Source: an uncultured delta proteobacterium (GTDB taxonomy: Bacteria > Desulfobacterota > DSM-4660 > Desulfatiglandales > HGW-15). From it: a DNA stretch of 64,000 nt. The stretch covers positions 511,234-575,233 of the forward strand of contig CAVPOU010000004.1 of the NCBI GenBank assembly GCA_963707125.1, read 5' to 3'. This document shows positions 47,873 to 57,505 of the stretch, piece by piece. Positions within the stretch are counted from its first letter, which is position 1. Every line of letters starts with the position of its first letter. A program made the translations under genes and the position numbers. The notes beneath the pieces were generated by a model. The model was not told the origin of the DNA. It searched no databases and saw only the letters and a program-made list of their open reading frames with translations.

Positions 47873-50188
47873 TCAGCCGCTGATTTCTTTCAAAATCCTG
47901 CGGGCGTCGTCGGCTCCCTTGAAATTCGGGTCCAGCTGCAGGGCCTTTTCAAAATAGTCCTTGGCTTTTGCTTTGTCATTGTTTTTGTACTGGGCGAGTC
48001 CCATGTGATGGTTGGTCACCGGGTTCCCCGGATCCCTGGCAAGGCTGTCCTGGAACTCCGCAATCGCATTCAGCAAGCTGCCCTTCATGTAGTAGATATA
48101 ACCCAGGGTGTCCATCACCGCTGAACTGCTAGGGAGTTGTTCCTTTGCGATTTGTGCAAAGGTCAGGGCTTCGTCGATATTCCCGCCTCTCTCTGCAAGG
48201 TTCCATGCCAGGTTGTTGGCGGCCGGGCCAAAATCCTTCTTGATGTCCAGGGCTTTTCGATAGTAGGTTTCCGCTTTCTGGCCGTCCCCCTTCTGGTCGT
48301 AAATCGTTCCTACGGCCATGTACCCTGCGAGATACTTGGGATTCTTGGCAATCACACCCTCGTACTCCTTGATCGCTTCGTCGAATCGCTTTTCCCTGGC
48401 ATAAATCTCAGCCAACGCCACATAGGGAGCAGGATTGTTGGGTTCAGTTTCAATCGCTTTCTTGAACCGATCCTGTGCGGCCTTCGGATCCTTCTTCGCC
48501 AGGAAGATGTTCCCCTCCAGATACTCAATGAGGGCAAGACTCGCCGGTGAATCTGTGACCTTCTTCTTGTGGTCCTCACAGGCCTTCATGGCTTCATCGA
48601 ATTTCTTGTCCCGAACATTGAGCCCCACGATCAGAGCCAGGGCATCCGTCTGCTGAGGATTGAGTTCAAGGGCCGTGTTGAAGGATTTGAGGGCTTCGGC
48701 CAGACGGTTAGTAAGGTTGTAGATGAGCCCCAGCTGAATATAGGCGGGCGCATAATCCGCATCCGCCTGGATGACCTTGCTGTAAATCTCCTCTGCCCCT
48801 TTCATGTCTTTTTCAAGAACTTTCAAGCTCCCCAGATGCATCAGGACGCGGGTGTTTCGAGGGGCGATTTTCATCGCTGCATCGATCTGCTGCCGGGCAA
48901 GATCCGCATTCCGTTCATTGAGATAGAACTCTGCAAGAATGAGCCTTGCCTCCAGAAGTCCCGGATAAAATTCCACCGCCTTCAGAAGATCCTGCTGGCC
49001 CATTTTGGGATCGCCTTTCCCAATGTGAGACAATCCCCTGAAGTAGTGGGCCATGGAATTGCGAGGGCTCTCTCTCACCACCACGTCAAACCTTTCAAGG
49101 GCGTTCCCAAAATCCCTTCTCACGAGAAAGATCCGGCCCTTGAGAAAGTTGGCATCCACATGCCCCTTTTCTTTTTCGAGCACCTTATCGACGGTGGCTT
49201 CCGCGTCCTTGACTTTGTTGAAGTCAAACTGGAGTTCTGCCATGTTGACCAGCACGTTCGGGTCATCCTTCTTGATTTCCGCTGCCTTGTGCATAGCCTC
49301 CAGGGCGCGGTCATAGGATTTCATCCGCGCATAGTAAGCCGCCAGGTTCATCAGGGGCGTCACATCTCCCTGGGGCGCCGCCTCCACGGCCTGTAGATAA
49401 GTCTTCTCAGCCTGCTCGAAATTCTTTCTGCTCTCGTAGAAAAGGGCAAGCACGTGAAGGGTTTCATAAGTGGAGCCTGAGGCCTGGATCATCCTCTTCA
49501 GCTCCGCTTCGGCCTTGTCCCAGTCCCCTTTGCCGGCATAGATGCGCGAAAGCTCAATGTAAGGGACGCCTGAGGCAGGATCCAGCGCTATGGCCCTGAG
49601 GTAGGCCTCCTCTGCTTTGTCGGCTTCTCCTTTCAGGAGAAGCAGCCGGCCAAGGGAGAGCTGCGTGTTGAAATGGTTCGGGTTCAAAGAAGCCCCCTTT
49701 TCAAGGGTCTTGATCGCGCCGTCCAGATCTCTCTCCTGAACCTGAACACCGGAAAGGAGGCTCAGGGCTTCCACGCTGTCAGGCGACTTGGTGAGAATGA
49801 GCTCAGCCTTCTTTTTCGCTTCTTCGGTCTGTCTCCCCAGCAGGAGCATCTGACCTAGCTTGAGTTGGGCCTTGAGGTTGTCCGGGTTTGCTGAAACCGC
49901 CCTGGTGTAAGCTTGAAAAGCCTCCCTGGGCTCTTTCAGCTTCAGATAGGTCTCTCCTAATTCCAGATAGGCAGCGTCATGTTGGGGATCCAGCTGAACC
50001 ACGTTCTTGAGCTCGATGACCGCTTTCTTGAGCTCATTCTTTGAGATGTATTCCTTTGCCTTTTCGAAATGCTTCGCCTTCTTTTCCTCTTTGCTGGCGC
50101 ATCCGCTCCCAAAAAACAGAGTGAAAGAAACCAGCATCACCCAAACAAAGCCAAGAAAGAATCGTTGATGTTTCATGTCCCGCCTCAT
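47873..50188 (-). CDS. TPR-repeat lipoprotein, PrsT-like (PEP-CTERM-system type)
   Basis: Start at ATG 50188 follows GGGGGA. Signal peptide with lipobox FGSGC. About 20 TPR units across ~770 aa. Confidence 0.75.
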   Translation of the reverse strand: MRRDMKHQRFFLGFVWVMLVSFTLFFGSGCASKEEKKAKHFEKAKEYISKNELKKAVIELKNVVQLDPQHDAAYLELGETYLKLKEPREAFQAYTRAVSANPDNLKAQLKLGQMLLLGRQTEEAKKKAELILTKSPDSVEALSLLSGVQVQERDLDGAIKTLEKGASLNPNHFNTQLSLGRLLLLKGEADKAEEAYLRAIALDPASGVPYIELSRIYAGKGDWDKAEAELKRMIQASGSTYETLHVLALFYESRKNFEQAEKTYLQAVEAAPQGDVTPLMNLAAYYARMKSYDRALEAMHKAAEIKKDDPNVLVNMAELQFDFNKVKDAEATVDKVLEKEKGHVDANFLKGRIFLVRRDFGNALERFDVVVRESPRNSMAHYFRGLSHIGKGDPKMGQQDLLKAVEFYPGLLEARLILAEFYLNERNADLARQQIDAAMKIAPRNTRVLMHLGSLKVLEKDMKGAEEIYSKVIQADADYAPAYIQLGLIYNLTNRLAEALKSFNTALELNPQQTDALALIVGLNVRDKKFDEAMKACEDHKKKVTDSPASLALIEYLEGNIFLAKKDPKAAQDRFKKAIETEPNNPAPYVALAEIYAREKRFDEAIKEYEGVIAKNPKYLAGYMAVGTIYDQKGDGQKAETYYRKALDIKKDFGPAANNLAWNLAERGGNIDEALTFAQIAKEQLPSSSAVMDTLGYIYYMKGSLLNAIAEFQDSLARDPGNPVTNHHMGLAQYKNNDKAKAKDYFEKALQLDPNFKGADDARRILKEISG

Positions 50189-50301
50189 TAATCCCCCTTT
50201 TCTGTATCTACCATGGCTAAGTTCCACGGATTCCCGTGCACCCTTCACCCCGACAAAGTCAGCGCGGCCTGACAGTCCAACTTGATGAACCAAAGGGACT
50301 A

Positions 50302-50316
50302 GCAAGCTTCGGGCCA
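50302..50316 (-). promoter_or_regulatory. Sigma-54 (-24/-12) promoter TGGCCC-N5-TTGCT
   Basis: The reverse complement of 50301-50316 reads TGGCCCGAAGCTTGCT, ~110 nt upstream of ATG 50188. Confidence 0.6.
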
Positions 50317-50639
50317 CAGAACCGGAGAGGAACCCGCATCGAAGCATCCGCCTGCGCGTAGCCGCTTCGGCTAAGGCGAGCGAAATTCGAAAACCAGAAC
50401 TAAGGCTAATGCATAGATATTTAACTTGGTATTGTAGCGACTAAGCAAATTAAAGTCAAATTCTTTGTTTTAACCACACGCTTTAGCTGCTTTCTGCCTC
50501 TCTGATATCTCAATGACAAGACGCAAGCATGCTTTATCATATTTACAAATCAATGGACAATGCAGCCCAAGTGTTATAGGCTTCTTGTATGAAAAGGCTC
50601 AGGCCCACGCTAGGTTTTTGTTGAGAAAGGAATTAAGCT

Positions 50640-50870
50640 ATGTCCGAGGAGTACAGTTCCAGCACGGTTACAGATACGGAGTTTGACATCATTGATGAAT
50701 TGAAGGCAACGGTGAGTGACCTTGAGAAAGGACTGCCACCATCCGGCAACAAAAAGATTGCTGAGAAATTCTCGTATCTTAAGTTTCTGATTCATGAACT
50801 GGACGATACCCTCTCTGGAGAATTCGAAGCCCTTAGGCACAAGAGGTTTATCACGAAGAAGAGCGGCTAG
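50640..50870 (+). CDS. Hypothetical acidic 76-aa protein
   Basis: AAGGA lies 7 nt upstream. No family recognised. Sits in an AT-rich region. Confidence 0.4.
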   Translation: MSEEYSSSTVTDTEFDIIDELKATVSDLEKGLPPSGNKKIAEKFSYLKFLIHELDDTLSGEFEALRHKRFITKKSG

Positions 50871-50889
50871 GTTGCCTGGGAGTAACGGC

Positions 50890-51035
50890 CTGCCCTTCGA
50901 CCCCTGGATTCAGGTCGACACGGTGCCCGACCCTACTCAGCTTCATCCTTCGATACCTCAGGGCGAACGGAAACAGTGTTTTGTAAGTGTTTGATTTTCC
51001 GTTCGTGGTGAGGCACCGAACCATAAACGGAAAGA
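50890..51035. repeat. CCTTCGA-CTCAGGG hairpin element (arms 50947-50970 / 50999-51022) plus a partial copy at 50893-50920
   Basis: ccttcgatacctcagggcgaacgg faces ccgttcgtggtgaggcaccgaacc. Confidence 0.75.
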
Positions 51036-51362
51036 CTGTTTAGCTTATTGCCACGGTATCCATCCCAGTTGTCGGACAGCCTCCTAGGTCGTCCTCGGCT
51101 GCTCGTTGGGTACCACGAATTTTTCTTCCCATTAGTCCTGAAAATTTCTTTGTAGCCGGCCAAAATGTGTAATCTCTTGCCAAAAAATGGCAGTTTCTTT
51201 CCTATGAAAGTAGTAATTCTTTTCCTACCCCGAGATGTTTTTCCATACCTAACTGTCTAATAATTCATTTAAAATCAGCAAGAGACTTTTCTAGCACGCT
51301 TTTTGCTATAGAATTAGCGGGTGCATGGAAAGACCTATTTTGTGCTCGGCAGGAGGTTCGAA

Positions 51363-51521
51363 ATGAGAGATCAAGCTCTGGCTTTAAAGGAAAAAACCCG
51401 TTCGGAAAAATTAAACCTGGAGATGGACCTCGATAAGGTGATTCGATCGCTTGAGGAAGCAGCTCAGGAAATCGAGAAAGTCGACTGGGAGCACGGCGGA
51501 TTGGCGAGTAACGACAGGTAA
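51363..51521 (+). CDS. Hypothetical 52-aa coiled-coil protein
   Basis: AGGAGG (51350-51355) lies 7 nt before ATG 51363. Confidence 0.5.
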   Translation: MRDQALALKEKTRSEKLNLEMDLDKVIRSLEEAAQEIEKVDWEHGGLASNDR

Positions 51522-51582
51522 GGCCATGTCGCCGATTGGGCAATTTGCCCACAGTCGGCTCATGCTCTCCGGGAGCGTTCTT

Positions 51583-51780
51583 TCAGCACCTGCTTTCGCC
51601 GGTCCCCACCATGTCCTGCTGCAGCATTTGCAGAGGTGCTATGGAGTCAACGAATCCCCGAATTGTCCTGAGCTCCATCATGGTGCTGCAGCTGAAATAT
51701 TTCACCGGGCCTTCATAGTCCTCGAACACATTGTGGTCGAGGTTCACATCCCTTCCGCAAGAAACGCATTTGATTTTCAT
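51583..51780 (-). CDS. Hypothetical 65-aa protein with N-terminal CxxC knuckle
   Basis: AAGGGGGG RBS. MKIKCVSCGRDVNLDH...; the second knuckle is degenerate (CSTM). Confidence 0.5.
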   Translation of the reverse strand: MKIKCVSCGRDVNLDHNVFEDYEGPVKYFSCSTMMELRTIRGFVDSIAPLQMLQQDMVGTGESRC

Positions 51781-51874
51781 CTTTGCCCCCCTTGGTGAGC
51801 CTGAAGATTAGCATAGCAATCCTAGTGCTATGCTGTTCTTCGCCCTCAATGCAGGCGTGTGGCCGCAACGCCAT

Positions 51875-51930
51875 GAGTAAGCAGTATGCAGTAGGGAGTA
51901 TGCAGAATGGATTACTGCCTACTGCTTACT
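51875..51930. repeat. Heptamer-array hairpin: AGTAnnn x4 facing nnnTACT x3
   Basis: The left 21 nt match the reverse complement of 51910-51930 at 18 of 21 positions. Confidence 0.8.
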
Positions 51931-52020
51931 TAAATTAAGATGGCTCTAACGAGACCACGCTCCCCGGCTTGGGAAGTTTAGGCCACGACGATTGAGCGGA
52001 GAGGCACGGCGGGCGGAAAG

Positions 52021-52050
52021 AAAAAAGGTCAGCCTTTAAAGGCTGACCTT
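52021..52050 (-). terminator. Rho-independent terminator after tRNA-Cys
   Basis: On the minus strand, AAGGTCAGCC-TTTAAA-GGCTGACCTT is followed by TTTTTT. Confidence 0.8.
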
Positions 52051-52060
52051 CGTGATCTGC

Positions 52061-52136
52061 TGGAGGCGGCAATCGGATTCGAACCGATGAATAACGGTTT
52101 TGCAGACCGCTGCCTTAGCCACTTGGCTATGCCGCC
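52061..52136 (-). tRNA. tRNA-Cys (anticodon GCA)
   Basis: Acceptor GGCGGCA/TGCCGCC, discriminator U, encoded CCA. Anticodon loop CTGCAAA. T arm ATCGG-TTCGAAT-CCGAT. Confidence 0.9.
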
Positions 52137-52145
52137 CAAAATCTA

Positions 52146-52220
52146 GTAAGCAGTACGGAGTAAGCAGTAGGCAGAAACCAATACTCCCCTACTCCGGTAC
52201 TCCAATACTCCTGTACTCCA
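52146..52220. repeat. Word arrays in the tRNA-Gly/tRNA-Cys spacer: AGTAnnn heptads x4 (52146-52174) then TACTCCnn octads x5 (52181-52220)
   Basis: 'agta' recurs every 7 nt, then 'tactcc' every 8 nt. Confidence 0.85.
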
Positions 52221-52226
52221 AAATTT

Positions 52227-52302
52227 TGGAGCGGGAAACGGGGCTCGAACCCGCGACAACCACGTTGGCAACGTGGAGCTCTACCAACTGAGCTATTCCC
52301 GC
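52227..52302 (-). tRNA. tRNA-Gly (anticodon GCC)
   Basis: Acceptor GCGGGAA/TTCCCGC, D arm GCTC-AGTTGGTA-GAGC, anticodon stem CCACG/CGTGG with loop TTGCCAA, encoded CCA. Confidence 0.95.
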
Positions 52303-52349
52303 TCACTGCCGGTTATTCTATAGCTTCAAGGTGCTTTGTCAACAAAAAA

Positions 52350-52919
52350 TCAGGAAGAGAAAAACTCGTGATAGAAGTCGCGGAAATAGGCCCATCCGGA
52401 CCACAGAGTGAACAAGAGGGCGATCCACAAGAGAGTCACACCCACCACATGGAGGTCAACCCCCAGGTACTCGTAGTGAAGGCACAGCGCTATGGTCGCC
52501 GAGCATTGAAACACGGTCTTGTACTTGCCGAGAGAGCTTGCCTGAATGACAACCCCTTCTGTCAGAGCGATGCTCCGCAACCCTGTGACTGCCAGCTCTC
52601 TGACCACGATCAGCATGACGATCCAGGCCGGGATACGACCAATCGGGATCATCATAATCATGGTCACAATCACAAGGATCTTGTCCGCCAGGGGATCAAG
52701 AATCTTTCCTGCCACGGTCACGGCGCCGTATCTTCTTGCAAAGTACCCGTCGAGGAAATCCGTCACAAAGGCCATGCCGAAAAAGAGAGCGGCCAAGAAA
52801 CTGCCGAGTCTTCCCTCAAAACTCAAACAGAACACGATGACCGGAAGACAGGCCAGCCTTAGGAGGCTCAGAGAATTGGGTAAGTTGAGTATGACCCGAT
52901 GACGTGAATTTGTGTCCAT
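52350..52919 (-). CDS. pgsA: CDP-diacylglycerol--glycerol-3-phosphate 3-phosphatidyltransferase
   Basis: CDP-alcohol phosphatidyltransferase motif DFLDGYFARRYGAVTVAGKILDPLADK. ATG 52919 is preferred; the ORF is open to 52949. Confidence 0.85.
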   Translation of the reverse strand: MDTNSRHRVILNLPNSLSLLRLACLPVIVFCLSFEGRLGSFLAALFFGMAFVTDFLDGYFARRYGAVTVAGKILDPLADKILVIVTMIMMIPIGRIPAWIVMLIVVRELAVTGLRSIALTEGVVIQASSLGKYKTVFQCSATIALCLHYEYLGVDLHVVGVTLLWIALLFTLWSGWAYFRDFYHEFFSS

Positions 52920-53076
52920 TGGCTTAGTCAATGCGGCGCAGTTCATCACTGGGCCGGGTCGTTAAACCGCTCCATGCATTTTCAGCCACCATATAACAGA
53001 ATAAAAGAAAAAGAAAGAAGTTATGAGAAAGGATTAGCAAGCAGAAAAAAGACGACCTGCCGGGGCGACCCGAATT

Positions 53077-53667
53077 CTATTTGGAGCTGGAATTGAACTG
53101 CCTGTAGTAATTCAACACCCGATCAATGAAGGTCTTCGTCTCCTGATAAGGAGGAACCCCGCGATATTCAGCCACCCTTTCCGGGCCTGCATTGTACGCT
53201 GCCAGGGCCAGGCGCGTGTCATTCTTGAATCTTTCCAGCATGAGGCTCAGGTAACGGGTCCCCCCGTGGATGTTGTCCTTCGCATCAAAGGGGTCGTCCA
53301 CATCCATTGCATCCGCTGTGCCGGGCATGAGCTGCATGAGTCCCTGGGCCCCCTTGCTGGACACGGCGTGCTGGTTGAAATCCGATTCCGCCTTGATGAC
53401 CGCCTTGATCAGAGAGACATCGACCCCGTACCTCTTGGATGCCTTGTGAATGATGTCGTCATAATCTTTGATGTACTGAGTCACCGGCTTGGAGCCGTCA
53501 TAAGTGCGAATGTAGATATTGTACCTGGGATCACTCTTGATGTTGCTGAAATGCCAGACCCCTCTCTCGTCCCTGAAACGGTAAATGTCCGCCAGGGCCG
53601 GGTTACAGAGGCAAAGAAGGAAACCGGCAATCAGTCCGACAAAAATTGTGCGCGCCCCTGGATTCAC
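53077..53667 (-). CDS. Lytic transglycosylase (SLT domain, DUF4124-like N-terminus)
   Basis: [25 protein letters not shown]...AYNAG. Confidence 0.85.
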   Translation of the reverse strand: MNPGARTIFVGLIAGFLLCLCNPALADIYRFRDERGVWHFSNIKSDPRYNIYIRTYDGSKPVTQYIKDYDDIIHKASKRYGVDVSLIKAVIKAESDFNQHAVSSKGAQGLMQLMPGTADAMDVDDPFDAKDNIHGGTRYLSLMLERFKNDTRLALAAYNAGPERVAEYRGVPPYQETKTFIDRVLNYYRQFNSSSK

Positions 53668-54311
53668 GGTTTTTCCATCTTCCTCCAGTCAGCCAGAAAT
53701 TTCTCCAGACCGATGTCGGTTAACGGGTGACTGATCAGCTGTTCCATCACCTTGTAAGGCATGGTGGCGATGTCCGCGCCCATGAGAGCGGCATCCAGAA
53801 CGTGGACCGGGTTCCTGATGCTCGCCACGATAATTTCCGTCTCATATCCGTAGTTACCGTAGATCGTTCCGATCTGTTCTACGAGTTCCATTCCGCGGCT
53901 GCTGATGTCATCCAGCCTGCCGACAAAGGGGCTGATGTAGGCGGCGCCGGCTTTGGCGGCCATCAACGCCTGAACAGGGGAAAAACAGAGGGTGACATTG
54001 GTCTTGATCCCATCGGCCGAGAGCAGCTTGACGGCCTTCAAGCCCTCTTTGATCAAGGGTATTTTGACCACTATGTTGCCTGCGATCTTTATCAGGTCCT
54101 TGGCTTCTGCGATCATTCCTTTGGCATCCGTGCTGACGACCTCCGCATTCACCGGGCCGTCCACGATATCGCAGATCTCTTTGATGAGCCCTTTGAATTC
54201 CCTTTTCTCCTTGGCGGCCAAGGTGGGATTGGTCGTAACGCCGTCAAGAAGGCCAAGTTCCTTTGCCTTTTTGATCTCTTCAATGTTTGCGGTATCTATG
54301 AAGAATTTCAC
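53664..54311 (-). CDS. tal: Transaldolase / fructose-6-phosphate aldolase (short type)
   Basis: [13 protein letters not shown]...DGVTTNP...ISPFVGR. 215 aa. Confidence 0.9.
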   Translation of the reverse strand: MKFFIDTANIEEIKKAKELGLLDGVTTNPTLAAKEKREFKGLIKEICDIVDGPVNAEVVSTDAKGMIAEAKDLIKIAGNIVVKIPLIKEGLKAVKLLSADGIKTNVTLCFSPVQALMAAKAGAAYISPFVGRLDDISSRGMELVEQIGTIYGNYGYETEIIVASIRNPVHVLDAALMGADIATMPYKVMEQLISHPLTDIGLEKFLADWRKMEKP

Positions 54312-54394
54312 GAAACCTCCACCCGGCCCGCATGTTCAGGGGGCTGTGATCAAAGATGTTTTGTTCGGTATTATACCTATAAGACTCGAATAGT

Positions 54395-54649
54395 TCAAGC
54401 TTCCTTTCTTTTCCCCTCTTGCAAGAACTTGGTAGCACACGCTTCGCTGCAGAAATGGTAAGTTCTTCCGTCTATCGCTCTGTCAATGGCTTCCCGCCGC
54501 GGGATATACATCTTGCACTGAGGGTCCTGAACCATCTCGTCGATGACGCCGCCGTTCTCCCCGCGAGAAATCTTCTCTTTCGGCCTGATGACTGCCTTCA
54601 AGACCCTGTAAGCCACATAAGCCAGCACGAGATAAATGATAAACCGCAT
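54395..54649 (-). CDS. Membrane-anchored TRASH/YHS-type metal-binding domain protein
   Basis: N-terminal TM segment, then DPQCKMYIP...YHFCSEAC. Confidence 0.65.
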   Translation of the reverse strand: MRFIIYLVLAYVAYRVLKAVIRPKEKISRGENGGVIDEMVQDPQCKMYIPRREAIDRAIDGRTYHFCSEACATKFLQEGKRKEA

Positions 54650-54660
54650 GAGTACGACCT

Positions 54661-55155
54661 TTATTCTAAGAGAGTGACCTGCTGGTCCTCTCCTTTGAGT
54701 TCCCGCAGTATTTGGGAAGCCGTCCTGGCTAAGACCGGATGAATCACAGCAGGGTCGACCTCGGCCAACGGCACCAAGACAAATCTGCGCAGGTGCATGT
54801 AGGGATGAGGGACCTTCAGGTCTGATTCGTCCAGGATGTCCATTCCGTGCACCAACAAATCCAGATCAATGACTCTTGGCCCCCACTTCTCCGTCCTGAC
54901 TCTCCCCATCCCGGCTTCAATGGAGAGAAGCCGGCCCAGAAGCTCCCGGGCCGAGATTTCCGAATCGAGGCATGCCACGCCGTTCACGAACCAGTTCTGG
55001 TCTTGCGTGCCCACAGGGCTTGTCAGATACCAGCGGGAGCATCGGATGAATTCACATCCCCGAATCTGCTTCAGCCTTTCGACCGCTTCAGCGCAGTGTT
55101 TCCGCCTTTCTCCGAGGTTCGAACCAATTCCGATAAGTGCTTGTTTCATAATCAA
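54661..55155 (-). CDS. folK: 2-amino-4-hydroxy-6-hydroxymethyldihydropteridine diphosphokinase
   Basis: IGIGSNLG...GPRVIDLDLL...PHPYMHLRRFVLVPL. Confidence 0.85.
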   Translation of the reverse strand: MIMKQALIGIGSNLGERRKHCAEAVERLKQIRGCEFIRCSRWYLTSPVGTQDQNWFVNGVACLDSEISARELLGRLLSIEAGMGRVRTEKWGPRVIDLDLLVHGMDILDESDLKVPHPYMHLRRFVLVPLAEVDPAVIHPVLARTASQILRELKGEDQQVTLLE

Positions 55156-55159
55156 ACAA

Positions 55160-55195
55160 AAGAATACAGAAGACAGGAGACAGAAGACAGAATGA
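55160..55195. repeat. ACAGRAG heptamer array
   Basis: 'acag' recurs four times at 7-nt spacing. Confidence 0.8.
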
Positions 55196-55222
55196 CTGCA
55201 AAATCACTCCACGGGGCGGGCC

Positions 55223-56383
55223 CTATAAGGTGACGGCTCTGATTCGTTGCATGGCTTCTTCGAGGCGTTCCTTTTTCTGTGTCAGCGCGATGCGAAAATA
55301 CCCCTCTCCCGGCTCGCCGAAACCATTGCCCGGCGTGACGACCACACCCTTTTCAAGCAGGCGTGTAGCAAGCCCTGCTGAACTGTAGCCCCTTGGCACT
55401 TTGATCCAAAGATAGAAGCTCGCCTTGGGGGTATCCAACTCAAAGCCTGCCTTTTTCATTTCAGAGACCATGAGGTCCCGCCTTTCCGTGTAAACGTCGA
55501 TCATCTTCTGCACGCAGGACTGGTCACTCCGGAGTGCCGTGATCCCTGCAAACTGGATGGCCTGAAAAACTCCTGAGTCCACGTTGCTCTTGATGGCGCT
55601 GAGGCCGTCTATCGCTTCCCTGTTCCCCGCTGCAAAGCCGACCCTCCAGCCTGTCATGTTGTAAGTCTTGGACAGAGAATGGAACTCGATACCCACTTCT
55701 TTTGCACCCTTCGCCTGCAAAAAACTCGGTGGCCGATAGCCGTCATAGGCGACCTCAGAGTATGCCGCATCATGGCAGACAAGGATGTGATTCTTGGCCG
55801 CAAACTCCACAACCCTCTCGAAGAACGCCAGGTCTGCAACGGCAGCCGTGGGGTTGTTCGGATAGTTAATGAACATCACCTTGGCGCGGCGCACCACGTC
55901 AACGGGTATGGCCTCAAGATCAGGCAAAAAGCCTTTCTCCCTGAAGAGAGGCATGGTGTGAGTCTCGCCGCCGGAGAAAAGAGTCGCGATATGGTACACA
56001 GGGTAACCCGGGCTCGGGACCAAAGACACGTCGCCCGGATTTATGAAGGCAAGGGGCAAGTGGGCAATCCCCTCCTTGCTCCCGATGAGGGTTAGAACTT
56101 CTTTTTCGGGATCGAGGTCAACGCTGAAACGTTTCCTGTACCACTCCGCCACTGCAGCTCTGAACTCAAGCATGCCCGAATAGGACGGGTACCGATGGTT
56201 GGCCGAATCTCCCACTGCTTTTTTCATCGCCTCGATGATATGAGCCGGGGTGGGAAGATCCGGATCACCAATGCCCAGGTCGATGATGTCCACCCCTCTT
56301 GCTCTCAGTTCCGTCTTTTTCCTGTCGATCTCTTTGAAGAGATAAGGGGGGAGTTTGCGCAAGCGATCTGCTTTTTCAAACAT
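55223..56383 (-). CDS. dapL: LL-diaminopimelate aminotransferase (class I aminotransferase)
   Basis: [16 protein letters not shown]...[13 protein letters not shown]...[14 protein letters not shown]. Confidence 0.8.
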   Translation of the reverse strand: MFEKADRLRKLPPYLFKEIDRKKTELRARGVDIIDLGIGDPDLPTPAHIIEAMKKAVGDSANHRYPSYSGMLEFRAAVAEWYRKRFSVDLDPEKEVLTLIGSKEGIAHLPLAFINPGDVSLVPSPGYPVYHIATLFSGGETHTMPLFREKGFLPDLEAIPVDVVRRAKVMFINYPNNPTAAVADLAFFERVVEFAAKNHILVCHDAAYSEVAYDGYRPPSFLQAKGAKEVGIEFHSLSKTYNMTGWRVGFAAGNREAIDGLSAIKSNVDSGVFQAIQFAGITALRSDQSCVQKMIDVYTERRDLMVSEMKKAGFELDTPKASFYLWIKVPRGYSSAGLATRLLEKGVVVTPGNGFGEPGEGYFRIALTQKKERLEEAMQRIRAVTL

Positions 56384-56701
56384 GGTCTCTCAATCTCCTT
56401 CGATAAGTGCCTAAAATTGAAAGGCAAAGAACTCAAGGCCTGAATGAGCATGAGTGCCTGGAGTGTATAAATTTGAAAGGTCAGGTCAATAAAATACACG
56501 AAAGAACCTACACTCACGGACAAACAAAGTTCGTTTGTCCGTGCCACCCGTCTTGCTCACTGATCACTGGTGACTGATTACTGGTTTCTTGCTGTCTTCT
56601 TTTCTTGCCGTGCACCCTGCGCCGTGCGCCGTGCACCCCTCCTATTAAACCCTTTAGCGCACTTTAGACATTTTAGCCTACGGCCCGGAGGGGCACTTTA
56701 G
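56384..56701. repeat. Composite block: H1 hairpin (56514-56550), CACTGRT heptads (56558-56584), GTGCRCC heptads (56608-56638), CACTTTAG words (56650-56708)
   Basis: Read directly. Confidence 0.8.
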
Positions 56702-57505
56702 TCACTTCAATCCCAACACATCCTGCATATCATAGAGCCCAGAGGGTTGATGGACAACCCATGCAGCGGCTCTAACAGCGCCCCTGGCAAAATTGTCCCG
56801 GTTGTGGGCCCTGTGGATGAGTTCCAGTCGCTCTCCGATGCCGCCGAACAGGATGGTGTGTTCTCCTGTAATGTCGCCTGCTCTCCAGGTTTGGATTCCG
56901 ATCTCCTTGGACGTTCTCTCCCCGATAATGCCTTTTCTGTGGTAGACCGCAACCTCATCAAGATCACGGTTCGTAGATGCCGCCAGGATCTGAGCGAGAC
57001 GCATGGCAGTGCCGCTCGGAGCATCTTTCTTGAACCGGTGATGAACCTCGAGGATCTCCATGTCATAATCTTTTCCCAGGATCCTGGCCATCTCCCCGGC
57101 AATCTTGAACATCACGTTCACGCCGACGCTCATGTTGGGGGACATGACGCAGCGGGTGCTCTTCGCAAGGGCCTTTACCTGGTCGAGCAAGTTCCCGCTC
57201 ATGCCTGTCGTTCCGATGACCACGGCCAGGTTAGCGGTGGACGCAAGTTTGAGGTTTTCCACCGTTGCCTCAGGCGCTGTGAAATCGATGATCACCTCTC
57301 CGAGGCCGATGACCTCCCTGAGGGATCCGGCCACCTTGATGCCGAAGTTCCCAAGGCCTGCCACCTGCCCCACGTCGGATCCCACACTTGGATGATCCGG
57401 CCGCTCGAAAGCGGCGGCCAACTCAACGTCGGTGCTCTGACGAATCATGTGGATGATTCGCCCGCCCATTCGGCCCGCAGCACCAGCAACAATGGCTCGG
57501 ATCAT
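56702..57505 (-). CDS. dapB: 4-hydroxy-tetrahydrodipicolinate reductase
   Basis: GAAGRMG and EVHHRFKKDAPSGTA. Confidence 0.9.
   Translation of the reverse strand: MIRAIVAGAAGRMGGRIIHMIRQSTDVELAAAFERPDHPSVGSDVGQVAGLGNFGIKVAGSLREVIGLGEVIIDFTAPEATVENLKLASTANLAVVIGTTGMSGNLLDQVKALAKSTRCVMSPNMSVGVNVMFKIAGEMARILGKDYDMEILEVHHRFKKDAPSGTAMRLAQILAASTNRDLDEVAVYHRKGIIGERTSKEIGIQTWRAGDITGEHTILFGGIGERLELIHRAHNRDNFARGAVRAAAWVVHQPSGLYDMQDVLGLK

Noticed and set aside
51196-51210. Sigma-54-like TGGCAG-N5-TTCC upstream of the 52-aa ORF
   Set aside because: The highly conserved -12 GC dinucleotide is absent (TC instead).
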